30,616 nucleotides of DNA, taken from the IMG/VR virus record IMGVR_UViG_3300011335_000420, positions 1 through 30,616 of that record; one strand, given 5' to 3'. The translations under genes and the position numbers were made by a program. The stretch's first letter is position 1. Each line of letters starts with the position of its first letter. A model generated the notes under the pieces. The model was not told the origin of the DNA and did not search any database. It saw nothing but the letters and a program-made list of their open reading frames with translations. Source of the DNA: a virus. Lineage: Duplodnaviria > Caudoviricetes. Of the stretch, positions 1 to 7,793 are shown in pieces.

Positions 1-629
1 TCTGGGTTGACCTGATCTAGTGCTGCCTCTTGTTCCCTGTGCGGGTCATCGATTATTAGTATGTCTGCACCCTTACCCGTTACAGCTCCACCTACACCAA
101 TAGCAAAATAGTCACCACCCTTACTCGTGTTCCATCGTCCCGCTGCTTTTGAGTCGGCTTGTAATGCTAGCTCTGGGAAGATTTTTTTGTACGCTTCGGA
201 GTCGACGAGATTACGGACTTTTCGTCCGAACCCAACAGCGAGTTCTGCTGTGTGCGACGTTTGGATAACTTTTTTGCCCGGGTATTTTCCGAGGAACCAT
301 GCTGGGAGGAGATAGGAGGCAAATTCACTTTTGGTGTGTCGGGGTGGCATATTGATGATAAGACGCTTACATTCACCTCGAGCCACTCTTTCAAACGCTT
401 CAGCCATTCTCGCATGATGTCTACCTCCAATAAATGTGGGCCATACTTCGTTCACAAAGGATAGGAATTTATCCTGTGCTAATTCTTTACGCTTTAATTC
501 TTGTAGGGTTTCTAGCTCGACCAAAAGCTGACGCTGCTCCTGCTCTGACAACAGAGGGAGAATCTGGGGTATATCTTTCAAAGAGACGCTACTAAGTAGG
601 CTCTGTATCTGGGTCTGGGTCTGGGTCAT
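1..629 (-). CDS. terL: Terminase large subunit, N-terminal ATPase part (runs off window start; not in ORF track)
   Basis: Manual translation from ATG at 629: MTQTQTQIQSLL...KRLIINMPPRHTKSEFASYLLPAWFLG...TSHTAELAVGFGRKVR...GVGGAVTGKGADILIIDDPH. These are the Walker A (PPRHTKS) and Walker B (LIIDD) regions of phage TerL. Confidence 0.95.
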   Translation of the reverse strand, partial: MTQTQTQIQSLLSSVSLKDIPQILPLLSEQEQRQLLVELETLQELKRKELAQDKFLSFVNEVWPTFIGGRHHARMAEAFERVARGECKRLIINMPPRHTKSEFASYLLPAWFLGKYPGKKVIQTSHTAELAVGFGRKVRNLVDSEAYKKIFPELALQADSKAAGRWNTSKGGDYFAIGVGGAVTGKGADILIIDDPHREQEAALDQVNP

Positions 630-1209
630 CTATGCTTGGGTTTGGATCAAGCCTTGGATCTGGGTCGGCAACGCCTAACTCCTCGTCCAAACTATCAGTC
701 AGTGGGGTCACGTCAACAATGTTGGCATTAAGTAAGCGTTTGATGCGTTCTTTAATCGCCTCTTCCAAACCTTCGGAAGTCTTGTGGTTAACAGTAATCT
801 CACTACGTTCAGTAAATAAGCCAATGTCACTATGCTTACCTAATAACTCTAACGCCTTTAACTCATACCTTGGGTCACCGCAGTTGGCGATTTCCAAAAG
901 TTTAGCCGTGATAGCTGAACGGACTTCATTGGCATCCGCAGCTAACTTATTAGCGTAGGTCTTCAAAAACAATGATGCAGCGAAAGCAGTCTCGGGGCGC
1001 TTGAACTCCTTAACAGCTTTGGTTCTTGACTTAAACAAATCAACCGTCTTGTCTAGGTCGGCAGTATCGATCTCAATAGAGGCACCGAGTTCTTGCAACA
1101 GATCTACTGTGTTGGCAGCAACGACAACTTGGTCGTGGAAAGTTTTGGCTTCCTCTGGCTCTGTAGTGTAAGGGACCGGCTTGCCCTCTGTGGGTTCTAT
1201 ATTGACCAT
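592..1209 (-). CDS. Probable terminase small subunit
   Basis: 205 aa directly upstream of and overlapping terL; KALELLGKH..GLF segment typical of TerS oligomerisation region; acidic DP-rich tail. Confidence 0.65.
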   Translation of the reverse strand: MVNIEPTEGKPVPYTTEPEEAKTFHDQVVVAANTVDLLQELGASIEIDTADLDKTVDLFKSRTKAVKEFKRPETAFAASLFLKTYANKLAADANEVRSAITAKLLEIANCGDPRYELKALELLGKHSDIGLFTERSEITVNHKTSEGLEEAIKERIKRLLNANIVDVTPLTDSLDEELGVADPDPRLDPNPSIDDPDPDPDTEPT

Positions 1210-1214
1210 GCGCG

Positions 1215-1245
1215 ATTATATAGCATAAATAGTAATACGTGTCAA
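1215..1245 (-). promoter_or_regulatory. Sigma70-type promoter for terS/terL, probably leaderless
   Basis: On - strand: TTGACA (1245-1240), 17 nt, TGcTATATA extended -10 (TATAAT also at 1220-1215); ATG begins at 1209 with no SD. Confidence 0.7.
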
Positions 1246-1267
1246 AAACGTTTTGGGACTCCTACCC

Positions 1268-1470
1268 GGGGGGTGTTCTGTGGCGAAGTAAAAATAAATG
1301 TAGTCCAGAAAAACGAAGGGGGTGGGGGTATGTAAGACAATGTTAGGGAAGTTATGGGGGGTGGTATTGGTTGTGCAAAATAGTGTGTATAGGAACTATG
1401 GGACTCCTTCCTGCCTATATTGGGGGGTGGGGTGTCACTCTGGCACCGGAGTTTATTCAGAACCCCACTC
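1268..1470. other. G-tract-rich non-coding segment between divergent late and early units (possible terminus/pac region)
   Basis: Runs GGGGGG (1268), GGGGGTGGGGG (1318-1328), GGG (1346), GGGGGG (1356), GGGGGGTGGGG (1422-1432) next to terS. Confidence 0.4.
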
Positions 1471-1619
1471 CACTCTGGCGAAACCATCGTTGTGATCCAC
1501 TAGCTAGTTATGCCGCCATGCTGCCAACGCTCTACGGACAAGCCCGCTGCAGGCGAAATTTTATCTTATTATTGCTTGCGTATCTGTAAGACATTTAAGG
1601 CTAAACTCTGTACAATGTA

Positions 1620-2080
1620 ATACATGGGAAGCACAAAACGATGTTTCCTGAAGCACCGAAGTATACGAAGTGGGGCGGGGTCGATTGATACGTCATTCGA
1701 TTATCTGGTCTGCAAAGTATGGTGCGGGTCTTTAAAAATTCGGATGTAGTACCAGTCGGGCAAGGTATATCTATAAGGACACTAGATACCGGCTAGGGCG
1801 GAGTTTAGAATTGAATTGATGAAGTATGCGACACGTGATTTTTCGGGGCGGTCGTAGAGATAATCTCAGTATTTTCTAAGCGATAGGTCAACGGTTTGAG
1901 GATACGTTGATAACCCTAGATGTGGGCATGTGAGAGCCGATATACTCTGGAATGAAAAAGACAGCGACTGTAAGGCGGTAACGTAGTAGGGCAAAACTAC
2001 GCTATCGCTACGCTCTGGCAGGTGGCGTTAATAACCTGCTAATTTGCAAGGGTTTTCTTTTCGAGAGTCCTTGTTTATTA
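1620..2080 (+). ncRNA. Long structured early leader / ncRNA candidate with boxA-like site
   Basis: No credible ORF. Hairpins at 1681-1700, 1754-1794, 1888-1910, 1975-2008, 2016-2041, 2046-2074; boxA-like GGTCTTTAAAAATT at 1727-1740; TACAAT -10-like hexamer at 1611-1616. Confidence 0.5.
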
Positions 2081-2099
2081 ACTAACCTAAGGAAATATC

Positions 2100-2579
2100 A
2101 TGGAAAATATCGCTCTGTTTAATTCTGATTCTGTTAACTCTGCTATCGCTGAGTATCCTACAGCGCAAGTCATTGTTGCCGGTTTAACAGTAACGGAAAA
2201 GAAATTATCTGTTGTGAAACAAGCTAGCACATCGGCTTTGATGTATCTCAGTAATAACAAGGGCAAAATCGGCAAAGCTGCTCGTGAAAATATGTCATCT
2301 ATCGGTGAAGCTGCTATCGCTAAGCACGCTCGCTCTGGTAATTATAAGCCTTTGGCGGACGCTATCGCTGCGCTGTTAGGTTCAAGCCTGACTATCTCTA
2401 ATCGCTCGAGCTATGACACTTTGGCGGATCGCTTCGAGGATCAACTGCGTGACCTGAAAAATGATGGATTCGTAGTATGTAAGAAAACCGGTGCAATGAA
2501 GCCAAGTGCCAAGCGTAATACTTTGGTTCAGGTTATCAATCTGGTAACTGAGGTTCAATCCATCGCTGCATCGCTGTAA
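2100..2579 (+). CDS. Hypothetical early protein (159 aa)
   Basis: SD AAGGA upstream, clean ORF, followed by terminator. Confidence 0.85.
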   Translation: MENIALFNSDSVNSAIAEYPTAQVIVAGLTVTEKKLSVVKQASTSALMYLSNNKGKIGKAARENMSSIGEAAIAKHARSGNYKPLADAIAALLGSSLTISNRSSYDTLADRFEDQLRDLKNDGFVVCKKTGAMKPSAKRNTLVQVINLVTEVQSIAASL

Positions 2580-2601
2580 TCCTATGGTGTTAGGTATAAC
2601 A

Positions 2602-2627
2602 AGGGGCTTCGTGCCCCTATTTTTATT
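2602..2627 (+). terminator. Rho-independent terminator
   Basis: AGGGGC-TTCGT-GCCCCT followed by ATTTTTATT. Confidence 0.7.
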
Positions 2628-2638
2628 GGGGAATCGTT

Positions 2639-2821
2639 ATGACTACATTCGTAATAGCTAAGGGCAAGCTAGGTATCGACATGCCTAAACTGAAACAAGG
2701 TTGGATTGGCAAGCGTGTACAAGGTGGTCACGCACCTATGCCTTATCGTCAACGTAGTAATGATTATGGCATGGCAAACAAGGTCGCACGTGTAGCGCAA
2801 GCTGGTGTATGGGCGGACTAA
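2639..2821 (+). CDS. Hypothetical protein (60 aa, basic)
   Basis: GGGGA upstream, ORF in early-gene orientation. Confidence 0.6.
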   Translation: MTTFVIAKGKLGIDMPKLKQGWIGKRVQGGHAPMPYRQRSNDYGMANKVARVAQAGVWAD

Positions 2822-3197
2822 TCTTACAATGTCATACAATGTAAGGGATTCTGTTGCTTTGTAAGAAACTTTTAGTTGCTTTGTAAGAATCTTACAATAC
2901 AAAATCCCTTTTAGTATCAATAACTTACGCTTATATGCCATACAATGTAAGGTTGTAAGAACTTTTTTGCAGTGACTTTGGGAAATCGAAGTCGCTCGGA
3001 CTATCTCGCAAGTCCAGAAAATAGCAAGCCTCACGTAGAGTCAATTTCTTAAATTCTCTTACATTATTACAATATACTATATCTATTAGGTAGACCAAGC
3101 TATAACCCGCATAGATACTAGGTTTCACTTTGTAAGAAAACTTTCTTACAATACCCTGCATTTTTCTTACAATCTTACAATACATTTCTTACATTAC
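2821..3197. repeat. Iteron-like repeat cluster, putative replication origin
   Basis: About a dozen CTTACA/TGTAAG copies; direct repeats GTTGCTTTGTAAGAA (2853, 2875) and CATACAATGTAAGG (2833, 2939); palindromes 2881-2897 and 3130-3151; AT-rich. Confidence 0.75.
2915..2927 (+). promoter_or_regulatory. IHF consensus site
   Basis: TATCAATAACTTA matches WATCAANNNNTTR and lies inside the repeat cluster. Confidence 0.6.
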
Positions 3198-3207
3198 GGG
3201 AGCTAAC

Positions 3208-3372
3208 ATGAAAGCATCAGATATCCTAATGCTAACCGGCACTATATTGCATCTTATGTTCTTAGGTTCGGTTATGTTCGTCAGTCTACCTTTGCTACCC
3301 ACTGCTATCTTAGTAGTGCTAGGCATTGCGTATCAGGTCTACGGTGTTCTTTTATCTTACGAAGGGAGTTAA
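3208..3372 (+). CDS. Small membrane protein (54 aa, two hydrophobic segments)
   Basis: Manual translation MKASDILMLTGTILHLMFLGSVMFVSLPLLPTAILVVLGIAYQVYGVLLSYEGS; RBS GGGAGCTAAC. Confidence 0.75.
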   Translation: MKASDILMLTGTILHLMFLGSVMFVSLPLLPTAILVVLGIAYQVYGVLLSYEGS

Positions 3373-3374
3373 TC

Positions 3375-3554
3375 ATGGGTGAACTATTACGCAAAGCATT
3401 CGATGACACCATCACCGAATCAGAGGAAGCTATGTTAGACAAGATGTTAAAAGATTGGTATGACAAGGCACATTGTATGGAGCTTGAAGATTTTGATATG
3501 TGGACTGTCGCACCTGCTAATGAACCAATGATATGTAAGACATCACTTAACTAA
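3375..3554 (+). CDS. Hypothetical protein (59 aa, acidic)
   Basis: Manual translation MGELLRKAFDD...KTSLN; RBS AAGGGAGTTAA; tight gene packing. Confidence 0.7.
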   Translation: MGELLRKAFDDTITESEEAMLDKMLKDWYDKAHCMELEDFDMWTVAPANEPMICKTSLN

Positions 3555-3564
3555 GGGGAACGAC

Positions 3565-3855
3565 ATGGCATGGAGATACGGATTAAAGCGTCAGATGTGG
3601 GGCGACACACTCGAGGGCTATCAAGTTATAGAAGTGTTTGACTTTGACCGCCCTGCAATACAGCGTTCATGGTGTGAAACATCGGCTTACTCGGACGGCA
3701 TGAATGAAATGCTAACAGTACTAGACCGCATGAAGAAAGATATCGTGCGTTACAACATTGATAACAACGTGCCTGATGTGGTCGAGGACTTGGAATTAAA
3801 AATGTGGTGGTGGGATGATGCACCTGCTAAGTTATACCCAAGCGAGGAGGTCTAA
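3565..3855 (+). CDS. Hypothetical protein (96 aa)
   Basis: RBS AAGGGG; tight packing. Confidence 0.8.
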   Translation: MAWRYGLKRQMWGDTLEGYQVIEVFDFDRPAIQRSWCETSAYSDGMNEMLTVLDRMKKDIVRYNIDNNVPDVVEDLELKMWWWDDAPAKLYPSEEV

Positions 3856-3935
3856 TGGATATAGATGATTGGTTAACCCTGTTTTGTATGGCAGCTATAT
3901 TTGCTGCCTTTTTTATCGGCAGGTTTTTTGGGTAA
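3855..3935 (+). CDS. Very small membrane peptide (26 aa)
   Basis: MDIDDWLTLFCMAAIFAAFFIGRFFG; strong SD GAGGAGG; TAATG stop/start overlap. Confidence 0.6.
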   Translation: MDIDDWLTLFCMAAIFAAFFIGRFFG

Positions 3936-3998
3936 GGGAACTGGCATAAGCAGACGCTAGCCCTATTTTGTGGAGAGGCATAAAAGAAAGGAAACAAC

Positions 3999-4223
3999 AT
4001 GAGTAAAAGCGCAATCAAGGAAATGCAGTTGCGGCAAAGATGGGACAAGATACTTAAGACCAAGCAACACATGGAGGAGTTAGTACTTAAGCTGATGGCT
4101 AACCCCGACACCGAAGCCGAGCACTTGGTACAGGCGCATGCTATGTATGCTGACATATGCCGACGTGTCTCTGAGAGCAGCGACCAGATAGTACAAACAT
4201 TACAAAACAAGAGGACAACATGA
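3999..4223 (+). CDS. Hypothetical helical protein (74 aa)
   Basis: SD AAGGA; ORF track. Confidence 0.75.
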   Translation: MSKSAIKEMQLRQRWDKILKTKQHMEELVLKLMANPDTEAEHLVQAHAMYADICRRVSESSDQIVQTLQNKRTT

Positions 4224-4354
4224 TTAAGTCTGATTTTCATTTACTTATGGCTAACCTATATTTTGCAGCAGCCTTATCAGGTAGGGTTTCCGCTATGTGT
4301 GTGGGGCTTTTCTTTGCGGTGGTTTCGTTTTACTACGCTTTTAAGGGGGATTGA
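4220..4354 (+). CDS. Small membrane protein (44 aa)
   Basis: MIKSDFHLLMANLYFAAALSGRVSAMCVGLFFAVVSFYYAFKGD; ATGA overlap; SD GAGGA. Confidence 0.6.
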   Translation: MIKSDFHLLMANLYFAAALSGRVSAMCVGLFFAVVSFYYAFKGD

Positions 4355-4355
4355 T

Positions 4356-4568
4356 ATGACATGGGTAACAGTAGATGTAAGCATAGATGAGTTCGATGAC
4401 CAAGTACTAATAGAAGCATTGGTTAAGCGTGGCTATGTAGTACGTGACCCTGATGAAGCAGATGCCGAACTAACACGTATCTACGAAGCGTTGTATCTAG
4501 GTAAGCAGGGAGAAGCAATGGAACGTATGAAGGAGTATGTGTCTGACAAAGTTGGGAGGCTGCTATGA
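4356..4568 (+). CDS. Hypothetical protein (70 aa)
   Basis: Start reassigned to MTWVTVDV at 4356 after SD AAGGGGG. Confidence 0.75.
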   Translation: MTWVTVDVSIDEFDDQVLIEALVKRGYVVRDPDEADAELTRIYEALYLGKQGEAMERMKEYVSDKVGRLL

Positions 4569-4744
4569 ACGAGGTAGTGCTGCTAGGTCTGATTAACTTA
4601 GGTCTAATCGGGTGGATATATGCACTACACAAGAAGCACGAACGCACAATCCTGATGCTGCATAGTCTGTTTGAAGGAATCTATCATAAGAAAGTTGAGA
4701 TAGTTAAATTCAATGAACTTTATGTACCAAGACCAATAGAATAG
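4565..4744 (+). CDS. Small protein with N-terminal TM helix (59 aa)
   Basis: MNEVVLLGLINLGLIGWIYALHKKH...; SD GGGAGG; ATGA overlap. Confidence 0.7.
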   Translation: MNEVVLLGLINLGLIGWIYALHKKHERTILMLHSLFEGIYHKKVEIVKFNELYVPRPIE

Positions 4745-4810
4745 TAGTAGAATGTAAGACGATGTAAGAAGTACCCTAACTATAAACAACACAATAAGGA
4801 GCTAAGTATC

Positions 4811-5878
4811 ATGGCTGAAATTAATTTCGGTAAGACCGTCACACTCACACAAGCTGCAAAGATTATCGTAGCTTCCCCAAAGAATCGTTACTTACTACGT
4901 GGTGAGCCGGGCATTGGCAAGTCATCGTTGACCGCTACGCTTAAGACACTACTACCAAGACACCACGTGGCATACATGGATGTGCCGAACATGGACTTAG
5001 GCGATATCGCCATGCCCGTAGTAGACAAGGACACCAAGACCACACGCTACTATCCCAATGCAAGATTCATGTTCCACACAGGCGAGCCAGTCATCGTCAA
5101 CCTTGACGAGTTCACCAAAGGCGCAGAGCCTATCAAGAACATGCTGCATCCCCTACTCGAAGCGCACAATCCTAGACTAGGTGACGTGCCAGTACATAAC
5201 GAGTCAATCATATTCCTTACGGGTAACTTAGCTACGGACGGAGTGGGCGACAGCCTTAAAGCACACAGTCTTAACCGTATCATCCCGCTTAACATTCAGA
5301 AACCTAGCTTTGACGAGTGGGCAGATTGGGCTATGAATAACGGTATCGCACCAGAAATCTTAGCGTTCGGTCGTATGATGCCGCAGATATTCGCAAGCTA
5401 TACCGATGCAAGCCAGAAAGAAAATCCATACATCTACAACCCACTTAAACCTACGCAAGCCTATGTATCCCCTCGTTCACTCGAGCGAGCAAGTAACATC
5501 GTCAATGTAAGACAGCAGTTGGATAGCGAGAGCGTGATAGCTGCGCTGAGTGGAGCGATAGGTGAATCAGCAGCACGTGACTTCCAAGCCTACCTCGAAT
5601 ACTCCGATCAGTTACCTACGTGGGAGTCGACGATCAAAGACCCACGAGGTGCGTTAGTGCCTAAGTCAGCAGGTGCAGCAGCAATCGTTGTATTCGGTGC
5701 AATCCAGAAGGTTGACAAGACAACGATCGAACCATTCATGCAATACCTAGAACGCTTCACTGAGGAATGGCAAGCAGCGTTCGCAATCAACATCGCTAAG
5801 TCCAAGACCAAGCAACCTGTAGCGTTTAGTTGCAGAAAGTTTAGCGAGTGGGTAGCTAAGAACGAGGACTTGTTATAA
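4811..5878 (+). CDS. AAA+ ATPase (MoxR/dynein-related type)
   Basis: Walker A GEPGIGKS, Walker B VNLDEF, sensor TGN, SLNR arginine finger, SPRS. Confidence 0.9.
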   Translation: MAEINFGKTVTLTQAAKIIVASPKNRYLLRGEPGIGKSSLTATLKTLLPRHHVAYMDVPNMDLGDIAMPVVDKDTKTTRYYPNARFMFHTGEPVIVNLDEFTKGAEPIKNMLHPLLEAHNPRLGDVPVHNESIIFLTGNLATDGVGDSLKAHSLNRIIPLNIQKPSFDEWADWAMNNGIAPEILAFGRMMPQIFASYTDASQKENPYIYNPLKPTQAYVSPRSLERASNIVNVRQQLDSESVIAALSGAIGESAARDFQAYLEYSDQLPTWESTIKDPRGALVPKSAGAAAIVVFGAIQKVDKTTIEPFMQYLERFTEEWQAAFAINIAKSKTKQPVAFSCRKFSEWVAKNEDLL

Positions 5879-5885
5879 GGGGGCG

Positions 5886-6113
5886 ATGATGAATAGGGTC
5901 TATTACAGTAGGCGAAAGGATACATGGGAAGGCAAAGACATACTAGACAAACTACACGTGCAAGATATGGGTGTGGAGTATGACAGGACGAAGCGCAGGT
6001 ACAGGCTTACCCAACTAGAGGACTACGAAACCCTCAGAACTATGACTAACTGGATGAACCATATAGAACTTAACCGAACTATTAAGTTATTTGTAGGGAG
6101 TGATGATGAGTAA
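5886..6113 (+). CDS. Hypothetical protein
   Basis: SD AAGGGGG; ORF track. Confidence 0.7.
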   Translation: MMNRVYYSRRKDTWEGKDILDKLHVQDMGVEYDRTKRRYRLTQLEDYETLRTMTNWMNHIELNRTIKLFVGSDDE

Positions 6114-6321
6114 TGAACCAACTAGATACTTTGTAGCATGGGTGAGTGAGGACAATGCAGGTAAACCTAACATGGCATACGAGGCAGCACGGAGGGAATA
6201 TATGTACCGAGTGTTTAGGGATGATGGAGGTACTAAGTCAGAGCCTGTAACAGAAGTAATGACGTACCAAGAAGCAAAGCATAAGTTAAAAGAAATTAAC
6301 CTGTTAACCATAGGGAGCTAA
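6106..6321 (+). CDS. Hypothetical protein
   Basis: SD AGGGAG; start could be 6103 or 6106. Confidence 0.7.
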   Translation: MSNEPTRYFVAWVSEDNAGKPNMAYEAARREYMYRVFRDDGGTKSEPVTEVMTYQEAKHKLKEINLLTIGS

Positions 6322-6323
6322 GC

Positions 6324-7520
6324 ATGACAGATATAGACAAGGAAGAACGTAAGGTTAAGAAGGTCAAGATTAGTCTAATGCGTGAGCCTAAGTTTGCATT
6401 GTGGCAGGGTGCAATGATGATAGGTAAGACTAGTGTCGAGGACGATATACCAACGGCTGCAACCAACGGTCGTGACGAGTTCTATGGGCGAGAGTTCGTC
6501 AAGGACTTATCAGAGAAAGAACTGGCATTCGTGGTTCTTCATGAATGTATGCACAAAATTTATCGTCACTTAACTACGTGGAAGAAGCTCTATGACGAGG
6601 ACAAGTACCTAGCTAACTGTGCTTGTGACTTTGTTATTAACCTAGAGTTATTCGACATGGACAAGGAAGGTAAGTACATAGCTAGACCTGTTAAGAATGG
6701 TAAGCCTATAGGTTTACTTGACGAGAAGTATCGTGGCATGAATACCAAGCAAGTCTACGATCTACTTAAGCAGGAGCAAGACGAGAACGGTGGCGGGTTC
6801 GGTAATAACTTTGACGAGCATGACTGGGACGGTGCAGAGAACATGACCGATGCCGAGAAGAAAGAGTTATATAAGGAAGTCGAGCAAGCCATACGTCAAG
6901 GCGCAATGACACACCAGAAACTTAATGGTGGTGGCGCAGGTGGTATGAGTCGTGAGATGGGTGAGTTGCTTGAACCAAAAGTTAATTGGCGAGAGCAGCT
7001 ACGTGAGTATGTTAAATCAATTTGTGCAGGGAAGGACGCATCATCATGGAGACGAGTAAACCGCAGGTACATTGGGCAAGACGTATACATGCCCACGTTA
7101 ATCAGCGAACGAGTAGGACACATAGTAATCGGGATAGATACAAGTGGGTCTATCGGGGGCAAGGAATTAAACGACTTCCTTTCTGAGGTCAAGGGTGTAG
7201 CAGAGGAAGTATCACCTGAGAAGGTTGACTTACTGTACTGGGACTGTGAGGTGGCGGGACATGAAACATCCGATGCTGCAACGGTGGGTTCAATAGTTGC
7301 TTCTACTAACCCAAAGGGTGGTGGTGGCACTTCGCCTAGTTGTGTTAGCAGCTACCTTAGAGATAAAGGAATCAAGCCGGAATGCACAATCATGCTCACC
7401 GATGGGTATGTGGGTTCGGATTGGGGTAGCGATTGGGAATCACCGGTACTCTGGGTTGTCGTGGGTGGTAACACTGCCACTGCACCTAACGGTAAAACTA
7501 TTCACATCAAAGGAGATTAA
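6324..7520 (+). CDS. DUF2201-type metallopeptidase plus vWA domain protein
   Basis: PTAATNG, HECMH (HExxH), N.ACD..IN, W+R.NRR, MIDAS DTSGS, GGGT, LTDG. Confidence 0.9.
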   Translation: MTDIDKEERKVKKVKISLMREPKFALWQGAMMIGKTSVEDDIPTAATNGRDEFYGREFVKDLSEKELAFVVLHECMHKIYRHLTTWKKLYDEDKYLANCACDFVINLELFDMDKEGKYIARPVKNGKPIGLLDEKYRGMNTKQVYDLLKQEQDENGGGFGNNFDEHDWDGAENMTDAEKKELYKEVEQAIRQGAMTHQKLNGGGAGGMSREMGELLEPKVNWREQLREYVKSICAGKDASSWRRVNRRYIGQDVYMPTLISERVGHIVIGIDTSGSIGGKELNDFLSEVKGVAEEVSPEKVDLLYWDCEVAGHETSDAATVGSIVASTNPKGGGGTSPSCVSSYLRDKGIKPECTIMLTDGYVGSDWGSDWESPVLWVVVGGNTATAPNGKTIHIKGD

Positions 7521-7521
7521 G

Positions 7522-7770
7522 ATGGCTAAGATCGTACTTGATATGGGGTACAAGTCATTCGTTATGGATACTAAAGATGGTGTAGCGTTGATGGAAGTAC
7601 TAGGTAGAGCTGAGATATACGAAGAGAAGTACCACAGAGAAGAGGGTGCATCGAGTTCAACCTATACGTATCACGTGTACCCAATGGACGTTCGTAGCGG
7701 TATATCAATGCGGTTACTGGGTGACGAGTTGTATCAGATGTACAAGATAGCAGGTAAACCACAAGACTAA
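7522..7770 (+). CDS. Hypothetical protein (82 aa)
   Basis: Start reassigned to MAKIVLD after AAGGAGATTAA. Confidence 0.8.
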   Translation: MAKIVLDMGYKSFVMDTKDGVALMEVLGRAEIYEEKYHREEGASSSTYTYHVYPMDVRSGISMRLLGDELYQMYKIAGKPQD

Positions 7771-7793
7771 TTAAACACAACAAGGAGCTAATC

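Noticed and set aside
127-464. ORF-track ORFs 127-315, 167-430 and 252-464
   Set aside because: Shadow frames of terL, which occupies another - strand frame with clear terminase motifs.
2669-3185. Minus-strand ORFs across the repeat cluster
   Set aside because: Translations reflect the TGTAAG repeats (IVR/CK); antisense to the early block; no RBS.
2821-3197. Possible CRISPR or mini-array
   Set aside because: Repeats are 6-15 bp, in both orientations and irregularly spaced. The Cas4-like gene is an ordinary phage replication exonuclease.
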